In this document: one piece after another, positions 11,700 to 26,480 of the stretch
Layout: each line of letters opens with the position of its first letter
Position numbering within the stretch: the stretch's first letter is position 1
Assembly (NCBI RefSeq): GCF_006345805.1
Contig: NC_043008.1
Span: 34,968,001-35,032,000 of the forward strand
Source: Octopus sinensis
Lineage: Eukaryota
Length of the DNA stretch: 64,000 nt
Reading direction: 5' to 3'
Made by a program: the position numbers and the translations under genes
The notes under the pieces: generated by a model
Told to the model about the DNA's origin: nothing
Databases searched by the model: none
What the model saw: the letters and a program-made list of their open reading frames with translations, nothing else

Positions 11700-12250
11700 C
11701 AGCTAGCTAGATTCTAAGATTAGTATCGCTATGCCTAAGCGAGATATATTTGTTCCATGAAAAGCATGTTTGTGACGTCAAGCAGAGATTCGGCTTGCGT
11801 CTGGCCATACAGTGTTATGCCTGAAAGAAGGCACCCTCAGGCCATTCCACATTAGGGAGGTTGAAGTCCCCATGTAGAAGTATGTGAAGGCTGCCATCTA
11901 GGCTGGTTGATACTTCCTCCATCATTCGGAGGCTCAAATTATTCTCCATGATTTAGATCATCTGGTGGGCGATATGTATCACATATTACCATTTTCATCT
12001 GTTTTCTGTGCACCACCGAATGTCAGAGGATGAATTTGAGTGTGACAGCAGGACTACACGTGTGACATTTTCCCCAAATGTACATTGCAACTCCACAATG
12101 AGTCATTTCGTTCCTGTCATTTGGAAATACAACATGCTTTGCTATATGTATCTCAGCATCTGATATGTCAGCTTTCAGATGTGTTTCTGTTAGTTCTATG
12201 CATATTGCTTGATTACAGGTCACTAAGTCTCTCAGATATTGGACTTTGAG
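11700..12250 (-). mobile_element. CR1/L2-type LINE apurinic-endonuclease domain relic
   Basis: LTETHLKADISDAEIHI...NDRN..HCGVAMYI...VICDTYRPPD...ILLHGDFNLPNVEW...LFMEQI, with frameshifts. Confidence 0.85.
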
Positions 12251-12476
12251 TTGGTTGGACGTTGCAAGGCCCCTGATGTTCAGCAGGAATACTGGTATGA
12301 CATCCTAAGATGCCATACAGCAATATCGAACTCAGAACCACTTGCCTGCGAAGAAACCGTCTTAAACATACGATTATGTTACGACCGCTATGATCATAAA
12401 CAGACGTATACATTCACACACATACATACATACATACATACATACATACATACATACATACATACATACATGCATG

Positions 12477-12521
<45 letters not shown>

Positions 12522-12741
12522 TATATATATGTCTATGGCAGCAAGCACCTTGTAGTGTTTACTTAGTGAGTGCGCGCATGCACCCACTCACAGACACACA
12601 AAGGGAGAAAGAATGAAAAAAACACGTATGGATAGAAACATACGAAAATATGCGCATATGTGTGAATGTCCTCTTAACATACATGAATATACATACTTAC
12701 ATACATTTTTATATATGTATATATGTAAATATATATGTATG

Positions 12742-12790
<49 letters not shown>

Positions 12791-12793
12791 CTC

Positions 12794-12830
<37 letters not shown>

Positions 12831-12920
12831 TATATGTATGTATATTCATGTAAAGAAAACATCACATAAGCTCGCATATTTACATATATGTGTATATATA
12901 TATGTATTTATATATAATAT

Positions 12921-12979
<59 letters not shown>

Positions 12980-12986
12980 TATTATA

Positions 12987-13025
<39 letters not shown>

Positions 13026-13632
13026 CATATACATACATATATAAACATGCATGTATGTACATATATATATATATATTTATATATACATACATACATGCGT
13101 ATATGTATTTATATATATAGATATGTATGCATGCGCATATGTATGTATATATGTATATATATATCTGTGTGTGTGTGTGAGTGTGTGAATCTCCTTGCAT
13201 TCAGAAAATATGCATGCGTATATAGGATAGTATATTGCTTCATTTATAGAACATAAGTCTTCTTTTGTTCTCTTTATTTCCTTTAAAAATCCTCTAAATT
13301 TATGGAAAGTATAAAAAAAGTCAAGCAAAAAACAAAAAAGACAAAAAAAACCTTATATCTTTCATCAAATATTAACAGTTGAAATGAGAAAATACAAAGA
13401 AATACAAAATGCTTGCTTCAACAAGTTAATGTTCAGAATGTGTCTAAGAAACGACTTTAATATCTGTGTTAATGCTATTAATCACAGATAATCGATAAAG
13501 TATCACGCGTTTATGAAGCAATGTAACCACTACACATATATGTATATATGTATATATATGTGTGTGTACGCGTGTGTGTATATGTGTATATGCATTTGCA
13601 TATATATATGTGTATATATATATGTATATATA

Positions 13633-13674
<42 letters not shown>

Positions 13675-14226
13675 TATATATATTGCGTAATAGACCATAA
13701 AACAAAGGATTTAATGCATATTATATAAGAATAGTTATTTAGCTTAAAGTTCTTTAGTCGAAGAACGTTTATTTATTTACTTTGAAATTCTTTTGTTCTA
13801 AAGTAATTTCGATGATAATTCTCGAGAGAGGGAGATAGAGGGAGAGAGAGAGGGAGAGAGAGGGAGGGAGAGAGCGATAGATAAACAGATAGAGAGAGAA
13901 AGAGTAAGAGAGTGAGAGCATATGGATTTGACAATCAAAGTATCTTAATTTTAAAATTTTAATTTTGTCTGCTATTTTTCTTCTCTTCTTCCGTGCAGGA
14001 AGATCGCAGAGTTTTATAATCAGATTTTATAAATTCAAAATTAATAAGCAGGTATTATAGATTTGACAATATTGTAAAAATTGGAATAATATAAAGAAAT
14101 GAATTTTTGAATCACTCAGGAGCAAATGAATAAATTTCTTATATGAACAAAAACAAAATATCTGCTCAATTTTAATAAATATAATATAATATAATATAAT
14201 ATATAATATATATATAATATATATAC

Positions 14227-14305
<79 letters not shown>

Positions 14306-14317
14306 TACATATATACA

Positions 14318-15358
14318 CAGACATGACAGAAGTAAATAAACACCCCATAAAACTTCATTTTATGCTTATTTTGACTTGAAAAGGTTTATATATTTTATTA
14401 ATTGACAATTTTATGTTTCAGGTTCAATGTGACTGTTTAATCATGTCACGTACAAAAGAAGCCTTGGAACTGTCAATCTGAAGGTCAATCTGTGGGTCAA
14501 TCTGAAGGTGGACTTCGTCAGCGTAAAATCGCAGAGATCCTTGGGATCCCGCTTTCTACTGTTAATAGAGTGATTATGCAATTCACCAGAGAAGGGTAAG
14601 AGTTCACATTACCTCACCCAGGTCGACCAGGGCCCTCTGACAGGACCCTTTGTTTTGTCAAGAGAAGTGTCGAGGACAATCCACGTTGCAAGTGCAAGGC
14701 CCCTGGTATAGAACAACAAGTTGATGTCAGTCCCAGAACAGCTGCCAGATATCTCCACAAATTTGGTTATTATGGCAGAGCAGCAAGAAGGAAACTACGT
14801 CTTCGACCATCCAATATCAAACAGAGAAGAGATTGGGCTGGTGAGATGATGGAGTGACCACTAGCATTTTGGGACACAGTCATATTCTCTGATGAGTCCA
14901 GATTGCTATATTTTCCGACAGAGGTCGAGTGTGGGCCTGGAAACTCTGTGATCAAGAATTTGACGTGAAAAGATTGTAGCCAACAATGAAACACGCCAGC
15001 TATTCTGTGATGGTCTGGGGAGCAGTTTGGAACAACAGTCAATCAGAGTTGATGGAGTGTGAGGGAAATATAAACTCAGAAAAATATGTGTCCGTATTGC
15101 AGAAAGGACTTCTTCCAATCTTCTCCAGTGGTGAAATGATTAAAGAAAACTATTTATGAACGATTTGTTTGGTATTAAAAAGCATTGTTTGGCATTAAAA
15201 AGCTTCCATGGCCAAACCAGTCACCTGATATGAACCCTATTGAAAACCTCTGGGACATAATGGACAGGAAACTTCGTAAGCAGAACAAGAAAACATCCTC
15301 AAAGCCACATCTTTTGAGATTACTGCATGAAACTTGGCAAGAATTTCGCCAAGAGATT
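14318..15358 (+). mobile_element. Tc1-family DNA transposon relic (disrupted transposase from 14443)
   Basis: [22 protein letters not shown] (HTH), GRP, YYGRAARRK, VIFSDES, VMVWGA, WPNQSPDMNPIENLW; stops and deletions; 3' end interrupted by SINE-B. Confidence 0.92.
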
Positions 15359-15359
15359 A

Positions 15360-15572
15360 TTCTTTTCAACTCTAGGCATAAAGCCCGAAAGTTTTGGGGA
15401 GGGGCCAGTCGATTAGATCGACCCCAGTGCACAACTGGTACTTAATTTATCGACCCCGAAAGGATGAAAAGCAAAGTCGACCTCTGCAGAATTTGAACTC
15501 AGGACGTAAAGACATGAAATACCACTGAGCATTTCCCCCAGCGTGCTAGCGTTTCTGCCAGCTCGCCGCCTT
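15360..15572 (-). mobile_element. SINE family B, full length
   Basis: Reverse complement of ggcggcgagctggcagaaacg...gacttt(g)c(c)tttcatcctttcggggtcgataaattaagtaccag...gcctagag. Confidence 0.9.
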
Positions 15573-15739
15573 ATCAGTGAGAATTGTATGATAATGACAT
15601 TGGAAGAAATTTGAAACTTCGAGAAGAAACGTGAAATAACGTTTGTTTAGAACGGTAAAATTCGAAAGACTTAAATTTATAAAAACGTGTAAATATTAAT
15701 CTCAACGTTTGGAAAATTCAGTGTGTGTGTGGTGGTGTG

Positions 15740-15918
15740 TGTGGCTAAGTCGATTACATCGACCCACTGTGTTTTCAACTGGTACTAATTTTATTGACCC
15801 TGGAAGGATGAAAGCAAAGTTAGGCTTGGACGGAATTTGAGCTCAGAACGTAAAGACAGACGGAATGGTGCTAAGTATTTCGCCCGGTTAGCTAACGACT
15901 AAGTCAGGTCACCGCCTT
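15740..15918 (-). mobile_element. SINE family B, diverged
   Basis: Collinear with the neighbouring copy. Confidence 0.75.
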
Positions 15919-16558
15919 GTAGCGTATAAATATTGGATTGAAAACGTTTAAGATCCTTCCTGGCCCTCGAACCCACATCTGTAAACCTGACAGGAAGTGA
16001 TCTTTGAATTACTCTGTCCATTGAGATGGAGTTAGTGAAAGGGAGAGAGAGAGAAAAAGAAAGAAAGAAAGAAAGAGAGAGAGAGTGAAAGAGAGAGAGA
16101 AAAAAAGAGAGAAGAGAGAGAGAGAGAGAAGTCGGGCGAATGCTATTTTATGTAATACATATGGAGATGTGTTACACCAGCATGCCCCGAACTGGGACTA
16201 TATTGTTCTAAACCTGAATATAATATTCTATTCGTACGTTAGTGAAAAAATATTGTCAGCCTGTCTTTGCGATGACATTCAGCACAAGTTGTTTTGTCAC
16301 TGCGTATGTGTAGAATAGAAGAGAATAGAATAGCATACAATACAACGCTGTATATTTTTTTTTCAAAGTAAAAGCTTTATAAATATTTCAAAATTCGCAT
16401 AAAGGAAGTAAAGCTGTTAGAGTTTGGCTATAGAAAACGAAAATGGAAAATAAGTACAAATAAAGAGAGAAAACAAAAAAAGCTTGCACTTTGCAATAGA
16501 GTCTACACAATAATTGAGAATGTTTAATCAAATATGATAATTAGGCTGGCCTAAGAGT

Positions 16559-16603
<45 letters not shown>

Positions 16604-16621
16604 TATTATATATATATAATA

Positions 16622-16689
<68 letters not shown>

Positions 16690-16811
16690 GGTGTGTGTGT
16701 GGTGAAGTGTTGTGCGTTTTTACAGAGGGACAGAAAGAAAGAGAGAATTATGCGAATAGACCAATATACAGGCTTGGGTCGATATACAAATTATATATAC
16801 ATGTATACATG

Positions 16812-17170
16812 TAAACAGAGAGAAAGCAAAGACTGAACATTTTTAGACGATGAATAATGTTATATAGATATTTATGTATTAACAGAGCAACCTTACACAG
16901 AATAAATTAAAGAGGAAAAAATATGGTGTTAGAAGACCGACATCTGTTTCTGGGGTTTCGGAGTTACTTCATAATGTTGGCAGATGTAGTTCACCAGAAT
17001 ATGCAACCAATAATGGAAGCAAATAAACATTGAATGAATGCATCCCCCGTTTTTCAGGGTAGAGAAATATGAAGATAAACCCGAGTAGAAGTTCAAATCA
17101 TTTGAGCGCTATTATGTGTTTTCTATATTGAGAATCTCTGGAATTCATCTCCCCCTCTCTCACTTCCCTC
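16812..17170 (-). mobile_element. TA-embedded element with degenerate hammerhead motif (16937-17059)
   Basis: Minus strand: cc-CUGAAAA-acggggg...~95 nt...cccca-GAAAC-agau-GUC-gg. Confidence 0.45.
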
Positions 17171-17199
17171 TTTGTATATATATATATATATATATATAT

Positions 17200-17362
17200 A
17201 CGACAAGCTTCTTTCAGTTTCCGTCTACCAAATCTACTCAAAAGGCGTTGGTTGGCTCGAGCCTATAGTAGAAGGCACCTGTCCAAGGTGACACGCAGTG
17301 GGACTGAACCCGGAAGCATGTGGTTGGGAAGCAAGCTTCTTACCACACAGCCACACCTGTGC
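17200..17362 (-). mobile_element. SINE family A, 5' half
   Basis: Matches consensus. Confidence 0.88.
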
Positions 17363-17464
17363 TTATACACACACACACACACACACACGCACACATACAA
17401 AACATATATATATTATGTGTGTGTATATAAGTATATAATGTGGTGTGTATATATATGTATGTAT

Positions 17465-17519
<55 letters not shown>

Positions 17520-17550
17520 TTGTGTGAGTGTCAGTGTATGTTTACACACA

Positions 17551-17625
<75 letters not shown>

Positions 17626-17772
17626 ACATATATAAATGTGTACACAACAAAACACACTCAATATACATTATATTATATATATACACATATATACATCGAC
17701 AAAGCTAATTGAAAGCAAACATACGCCTATGTATAGCATGAATTTAAACATATCTTAATACTGATGTAGCTA

Positions 17773-17990
17773 GAGGCAGCGAGCTGGCAGAATCGTTAGC
17801 ACGCCGGACAAAATGTAAAGCGGTATTTCATCCGGCTTTACGTTCTGAGTTCAAATTCTGTTGAAAGAAACTTTGCCTTTCATCCTTTCGGGGTCGATAA
17901 AACAAAGCACTAGTGAAGCACTGGGGTCGATGTAATCAACTAGTCCAGCTCCTACAATTTCAGACCGTGTGTCTGTAGTTAAAAGAAAAT
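17773..17990 (+). mobile_element. SINE family B with TSD
   Basis: TSD gatgtagcta at 17763-17772 and 17994-18003. Confidence 0.88.
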
Positions 17991-18019
17991 ATCGATGTAG
18001 CTATATGTGGTGGTGGTGG

Positions 18020-18250
18020 TGGAGCGACTAGCAGAAACGTTAGCACGCCGGGCGAAATGCTTAGCAGTATTTCGTCTGTCGCTACGTTCTGAGATCAAAT
18101 TCCGCTGAGGTCCACTTTGCCTTTCATCCTTTCGGGGTCGATTAAATAACTACTAGTTACGCACTGGGATTGATATAATCGATTTAATTCGTTTGTCTGT
18201 CCTTGTTCGTCCCCTCTGTGTTTAGCCCCTTGTGGGCAGGAAAGAAATAA
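18020..18250 (+). mobile_element. SINE subfamily B' (alternative 3' tail)
   Basis: B head plus tail gtttgtctgtccttgttcgtcccctctgtgtttagccccttgtggg, as in the 4.9-5.25 kb units. Confidence 0.88.
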
Positions 18251-18957
18251 GATTATCATATAAACAGCCGGAGGTTGTGGTTTCGGTCATGGCAAACGTA
18301 CTGTTATGTGTCCATATAGACACAAATTCTTCATTTTTAGAAATCCCATATAAAAATAGGTACCGAGAAGACTATCAGATTGAAAATTAAGTTTTTTATC
18401 TTTAATTTAACAACTTTAATTTTAAACGCATTATAATTCGAAAACGTTCAAAAATTTGATCACTTCTTTAGCAAAACTCTTAAGCATTTCAAAGAATGTT
18501 TAATTTTTAGAGATCACATTTAGATTTTATAATTTAAACTCAAATAGAAATTAGCGCTGTATTTATATCCCGATAATTTTAAAGCAAATTGTAAATTAGC
18601 TATAGACAGATCACTGTTGTCTTTGCTTAATTTGATACTTAGATGATTAATGTGGTGTCTCCATTTCTAATATATGACTGAAATAGAAACATGTGTGGTT
18701 TAACATTCGTCGCTGTTAAGAGCTGTTTTATTTGATGCAGATATTTTTACAATCACTTGGCTTGTTTTGTGAATTAATAATTTTATAAATTTAGATTCGT
18801 TGTCAATGGTTATTTCTAAGACAATAACCATACTAGGTGATTTGAACTTCTAATTTTACACATTTTCAATTGAAGATTATAAATGTGAAGAAGTTATTAG
18901 TAAAATTAATTGCACGAAATTTAATTTCATTAAGTGGTAAATATGAACTAAGAAAGG

Positions 18958-19600
18958 CATTTGTCAACGATAAAACCCATTGCAACAACCCGCTTTGGCC
19001 ATTTTTAATGAAACCCATCGAGCAATGCAGGTTGACCTTTTGTTGATAAAAGCTGAAGGAACAAAACCATTGGCGCTTTTGATGAAACCCCACGGAAAAT
19101 TCCGTATTTCCCTTTTTGCTGAAAACCCCTGGAACAAAGGTTTATGGTCGTTCTTGACAAATTTTATAGAACAATTCCCTTTTTCATGACATGACACTGC
19201 ATGGGAAATTTAGCGAACACCATGGAACTAATGAAACAGTCCATTTTGACACTTTCTGGTAAAACTTCATAGAAAAAAACCCAATAGACCCTTTCTTTTC
19301 TATAGAACTCCATAGAAAAATTTATATGGACCCTTTCTTATGAAGCCCATGAAACAATATTTGCCCTTTTTGATGAAACTGGATAGATCGATGCGTGTCC
19401 TCTTTTTTGACGATTTTCTATTTACAACCTATATTGGTCCTTTTTGTTAAAACCCCATAGTACAAGCCATGTTTTTCCATTTTGATAAAACACCATGGAG
19501 TAATCCAGGTTGTCTTGCTTTCAAAAATTCAAACCTGCATTACCCTTTATATTTACTAGAAAAGACATCATGGGTTGTATCCAAAGACACCATGGGTTGT
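18958..19600. repeat. Degenerate ~37-bp minisatellite
   Basis: About 15 units approximating TTTTTGATGAAACCCCATGGAACAATCCATGTTGGCCC. Confidence 0.75.
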
Positions 19601-19835
19601 ATCAATGGATCTAAAGAATAATTAATAGAATTCAGATTGGACTCGAAGATGCTTTACAGTGACAAATACGTTTTCTCGATCAAACACTAATCCACCTACG
19701 CACTGTGTTCGTTATGCGTCTAATGTTGCTTTAATGTTTTTTAAAAAAAATAACGTTAATTAATACACGATTCGCTAATTAATTAGATCTTCTGCTAAAT
19801 CAGATTCGATATACGAGAGGATTGTTTTTGATTGA

Positions 19836-19885
19836 GTACTGCTACGACTACTACTACTACGACTACTACTACGACTACTACTACG

Positions 19886-19920
<35 letters not shown>

Positions 19921-20126
19921 ACCACCACCACCACCAGTACTACTACCACCACGACCACTACAACTACTACTACTACTACTATAACACCACCACCACCACC
20001 ACCACCACCACCACCACTACTACTACCACCACGACCACTACTACTACTACTACTATTACTACTACTACTACTACTACCACCACCACCACCACCACCACCA
20101 CCACCAGTACTACTACCACCACGACC

Positions 20127-20161
<35 letters not shown>

Positions 20162-20232
20162 CACCACCCCACCACCACTACTACCACCACGACCACTACT
20201 ACCACCACGACCACTACTACTACTACTACTAT

Positions 20233-20288
<56 letters not shown>

Positions 20289-20289
20289 G
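19836..20289. repeat. (CTA)n/(CCA)n compound microsatellite
   Basis: Directly visible. Confidence 0.95.
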
Positions 20290-21237
20290 TCGCTGCAGTA
20301 CAGCGTTTAGCACGCGATGTTTGCAACAGATACCTAGAAGTAGGCTGAAAGAAAACATATGAAACGGTTAAGTTGCACGCATCTTGTATATCGTCATTTT
20401 TATATTTAGTTTTGTATTATAGAGTTCAGAGAAAGTACCAGCATCAAAAGATAGGTTAATCAGATTCATCAAGTTTATGGAGAAGTTGTCTCTATAAAAC
20501 TTAATTATATGGAGACTTCTTTACCATAAACCTGTATTATATGTTTTGAAATGCTATTCATACCAGCTAATTTACTTAAGTTTACTTGATTTCGCCCGTA
20601 TGAAATTTCATTTTATCTGCTTGAATTAGGAAGTGAGAGGTGTCTTTACTCTCAAATTATTTAAATAACATTTGAAGCTTTTGGCTTACAGGGGCAAGGT
20701 TTCGTCTAAATTAGTCCTTCGCTTATAAAGTAAACGTTAAACTCATTAGCAATATTTCCAGCTCAGATATGAAATGCTCACTGGTTTCAATAGCATTAAT
20801 GTTTGAAGTTCCGTATGTCATGTCTCCCCATGGGCTGTGATTAGCCATACCGTAAAAGTACTGACGTATATATATATATGCATATATACATTTGTGTGTG
20901 TGCGTGTATGTGTGTGTCTGTGCGTGTGTGGTGTGTGTATGAAGTGTAGAGCATCGGTTACAAATGATTACCATTTAAAGCGAGTTCCCCACCTCCATGT
21001 GACGAATGCTGTAACCTTTTCTCATACTTTCCGAAATGTGCCTCGTCAGGCACATTTCGAAAGGATTTTTGCCATATCTGCATTCCTACCATTAAATAAT
21101 GGGAAGTGGAAAGTGTTGTGTCAAAGTCACCGACTTTAAAGAACAAGAAAATCAATTCTAAGCTACGCAGCTACCACATTATACACAATATTCATAGATA
21201 TACATAGATATACATATATAAATATGTATATATATAG

Positions 21238-21268
<31 letters not shown>

Positions 21269-21657
21269 GATATATATATATTATATATATATACACATAC
21301 ACATATATAGATATGTATGTATATATATAATATATTATAGATACGGATTTCGTTAGTCTAAACAAAAATCTAATCACACATAACCAATGGAACCTACATT
21401 TACGGACGAACGCCATTCAAATTTGGAAACGTATGCCAGAAGCATTCTATTAATGTCAACGACTGTCTTTCGGGCATAATTCATACAAGAAGTATTTTAG
21501 ATGTGCTTAGTTTTGATGACTGCTCTGTATACGTCAACATATGTTTGCGATGCATTCTTTATATCTTCTTCGGATCCATATGTATACAACCGCATATATT
21601 GACATACAACCACACACACAAACACAAACACACACACGTTATGTGTGTATATATATA

Positions 21658-21698
<41 letters not shown>

Positions 21699-21771
21699 TA
21701 TACATATATACGTATACAGATGTATAATATATATCTACATACATCTGTATATATAACCATATATATGTATG

Positions 21772-21822
<51 letters not shown>

Positions 21823-22296
21823 ATATATATATATATGTGGTGTGTATAATATATATATGTATATATATATATACATATATATATATATGTATATATATGT
21901 TATAATTATATATATATATGTATATATTATATGTATATATAGGCATGTGTGCATAGTTTTCTCTGACATTTAAATTGTTCTCCGCAAATTCAAGCGAGTT
22001 ACTGACAAAGTGTCAAGGTAGTTTTTTTTTGAGTGAAGACAATTTCCAAAGATTTGTGAATACTTAAGTGTATGTGTGTGTATGTGTGTGTGTGTGTGTC
22101 TGTGTCTGTGTATGTGTGTTTATGTTTGTGTGAGTGTATGTGCGTGCGTGTTTATGTGTATGTTTGGTTGTGTGTGTGTGTGTACGTATATGTTCATGTA
22201 TTATTGTACTTATGGCGGGATAAGCCTGTTTAGTACATGTGTGCATGTATGTGATAGCTTATTTTGTATTTCTGTGTGTGTATACATATCTATATG

Positions 22297-22423
<127 letters not shown>

Positions 22424-22694
22424 TTGTATGTGTATACATGTATGTCTTTCTTTGAGATTTACTTAGAGTTTTCGAAGAATTCTCGTCGGTCATTAACAAA
22501 CGCTGATGGTGGTTTTTGTTTGAATCAAGATCTTTCCAGAGATTTCTGAATATGTGGGTGTGTTAATGTGAATATATAGGGAGGTGTAGTCACGAATATA
22601 GTTGCTTCTACAATAACTCCAGGCCGACCAACGCCGTATGAGAGAATTTGGCGAATGGTAACTGCGTGGAAGCCCGTCATATGTATATATACAC

Positions 22695-23445
22695 CCAAAC
22701 CAGGGCAGGACGAGTATCTCAAGTCATTTAGTAAGGTGAATTTGAAGTAATCAATTAATTAATTAGTTAATTAATTAATTATTGGATGTCTTACAGTTAT
22801 TTCTAGGATATCCCAAGTGATAGGTTAGCATCTCCATACGCTGGGCTTTCCGCCAGAAACAAGGTGAGTATGTATGAAAAGTCTAGACAGGGAATTTACA
22901 GTTTATAAAAGAATATAATAATAGACAGAGGAATAAAAAGTAAAACGGTAGATAGAAGAATACAGACAGGAGAATTAAGTTCACAGCTCATCTTCTTCCA
23001 GAGGGTATGGAGGTTGGTCCGCAGTTCCTTAGGTATAATCCCAGGTAAATCCAGGCAGTATTTTGGCAGTATTTTGAATGTTGCATACATGTTGAAGGAA
23101 TAGATCAAGTGGTTAGCTATTATGAAAATGGTCCTCGCGGGTATATGCAGTGAGAAAGACAGACATCATGATAGACAGATAAGGGTTTCGAGTGAGTGAA
23201 TAGAAGAGAGAGGAGAAAGAGAAAAAGGAAAGGAATGAGATAGGTGCGGGAAAGAATGAATGAAAGTAAAATAAACTAAAAAAAATTAAATAAAAAATAA
23301 GAAAGATAAAGATAAGATACCAGTATTATTCTACGTTAGGGTCGGTTCGGGGTGAGAGATCGGGCATTAAGGTTTTGATGAGGTGGAGGTAGGAAGGCAT
23401 TTATGGCTATTAATTAAATAGACGAATTATAGATAGGTTCGGTGT
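22695..23445 (-). mobile_element. Penelope-like element 3' region, copy 2 (hammerhead core deleted)
   Basis: Collinear with 10795-11540; CUGAUGA reduced to CUGGCG and GAAAC to GAAAU. Confidence 0.75.
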
Positions 23446-23510
23446 GTTAGTTCAGTGTATATATATGCATGTGTAGACATCCACGCACGCACACATTCAC
23501 GTATATATGT

Positions 23511-23748
23511 ATAACTGTCGGGTGTATTTTGAATGCATCCATCGAAACATGTTGATATAAATGATTTGATAACATCTTGAGCGTTTGTCTCTATTTTCAA
23601 AATCTTTCATATTTTCTCCTTAATACGTCTCGGTTCTTCTCGGAATCAAATCCCACACAAGTGTGACTATTGTTTCTTGGGACACTTAAACAACATTTAG
23701 CTACCTTGTAATTATTCCTCTGGAGCTTTCCTATAAATTGCACACTCA
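23511..23748 (+). mobile_element. TA-embedded terminal fragment with hammerhead 3' half
   Basis: gggtgta-ttttgaa-tgcatcc-atc-GAAAC-ATGT-T-gatat (palindromic ACATGT); the CUGANGA half is not intact. Confidence 0.35.
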
Positions 23749-23754
23749 TATATA

Positions 23755-23793
<39 letters not shown>

Positions 23794-25037
23794 TATATAC
23801 ATATATATATGTGTGTGTGTGTGTGTATGTATGTATGTGTGTGTGTGTGTATGTATACATAGTTTGTGTGTGTATGTGTGTGTGTCTTTGTCTCTGTGAG
23901 TGTCTGTCTGTATGTGTATATTTGTGTGAGTTCTTGTGCATCTGTTTCACCCTGTCAGTTGCCTTTGAGAATCAGAGTTGGTTTGTTTATGTCCCTGTAA
24001 CCGAGCGGCTCTACAAAAGAAACCCATAGGATAAGTACCAACACCAGGGGTCGATTTCTTCAAATGCGGCCATCTAGGCGGTGCTCCAGTTTGGCCGTTG
24101 TTGCCCAGTAACTGAATTGTAGCCCATCGGGAGAAATGGTGTAGGAACAAGTTGGAAACTGCAAAGACAACAACGTTTACATCGGAATAATCTGCAAACC
24201 CGCCATTTGTTTTCTATTGCAGTGAAATGTTCTGTTACAAATAACACCAATCTCTGAAGCTCTAATTCCTCTTAACATCATGTTTTATTTTCTAATGGTG
24301 TTATCTCTATTAAACTCTATGTGCGGTACTTGTTGCCGTTGAGGAAGTTAACAGCATGCTTTATTTACAGCAGGAAAAAAGAGGGGGAAGTATTAGAAAC
24401 TAAATCTGGATTAACGGAAGCATATTTAAAAACCCGTTACACAACACAAATATCACACTTTGTCGTGTGAGCAGGTAGAATGCAATACCGTTATTCAAAT
24501 ATATTTGATCAGTGAAAGAGAACCATATCAATAAGGTAGTTACAATATCGGTCGATTACAGGAATCATGCAACACTTCTCAGAAATCGCTGTAATATGTA
24601 AACCTTTACATTGAAGATAAATCTAATATTATAAATTTAAATCTTAACAGAAAGATAATTTTTCACCATCAACGCTATATTACGTTCACTGGTAAAATCT
24701 CATTGCCAACATGAAACAAAAGCTAATGCAATTGAAACCAATGATAGAATCAAGGCAAAAGTGTTAAATTTGTAGTGGTTTCCTTAAATGCTTTGTTTAT
24801 ATTATTCCACATTATGTTTCCAATTCCCATTGTATAGGAATTTAAAACAATGTTAACAACCATGCTACACAATATTTCGCTCAAACTACGCTACTCTGAA
24901 AAGTATCAAACCGTCGGATCGGCTTCGAAGGAACAGGAACCTAAAGAAGTACGGTCAAAGTCGATAAATCTCTTAACAAACAACACACACGCGCGCATGC
25001 ACATATGTATATGCATCGGTATATACATAATAGATAC

Positions 25038-25101
<64 letters not shown>

Positions 25102-25102
25102 T

Positions 25103-25797
<695 letters not shown>

Positions 25798-26029
25798 ATA
25801 TATATATGACTGTATGTATGTGTGTGAGTGTTTATGTGTGGTGTGTATATATATATATATATATAATATATATATAATCTTAATTACACAGGAGGAGGAG
25901 GAGGAACGAAAACGTAGCTCTCTCTTGTTGCTTTAGCTTCGTTTCAGGAATAGTGTACCGTGGATTACATTATTAAATGTGTTCTTTATTTCTATGACAG
26001 TGGGGTATGTCTGAGGACTATTTGGCGTT

Positions 26030-26480
26030 CATTACTACATAGAGGTTTTATCGTTGGATTATCTTATTTTCAAGAACATCATACCTTGGAATACATTGTT
26101 TAGTGTTTCCTTTATTATTTTTTAAGTCGTTAAATTGTAATTTGATGCAGATTTTAGTTGCTATGTCTAGCAAAGTGACCGACCACATAGAAGCTCTCTC
26201 TCGTTGGCCTATCTTATTTCCAATTACATTGTATACTTTGCAATGCATTGTTAAGTATCATTCCCATTAAACTGTAATTTGAAGGAGACTTTAGCTATTA
26301 TACTTAGCAGTTTAACTGACCACATGGAACCTCCTTCTTAGTTTTATCTTATTTTCAAGTACATTGTATAACTTCGACTACATTATTCAGTATTTCCTTC
26401 GTAATTTTTAAGATATTAAATTGTGCAACATCTAACAGAATAAAAGATCTCGTAGAAGTGCTTACGTTGGCTTGACATAA
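26030..26480. repeat. Degenerate ~140-bp tandem repeat (3+ units)
   Basis: tatcttatttt(c)caa..acat...ttaaattgtaatttga...ccacatagaag recurs; related pieces at ~43080-43170 and ~46350-46440 (reverse complement). Confidence 0.65.

Noticed and set aside
19822-20358. Pro/Thr/His-rich protein-like ORF
   Set aside because: Pure (CTA)/(CCA) trinucleotide repeat
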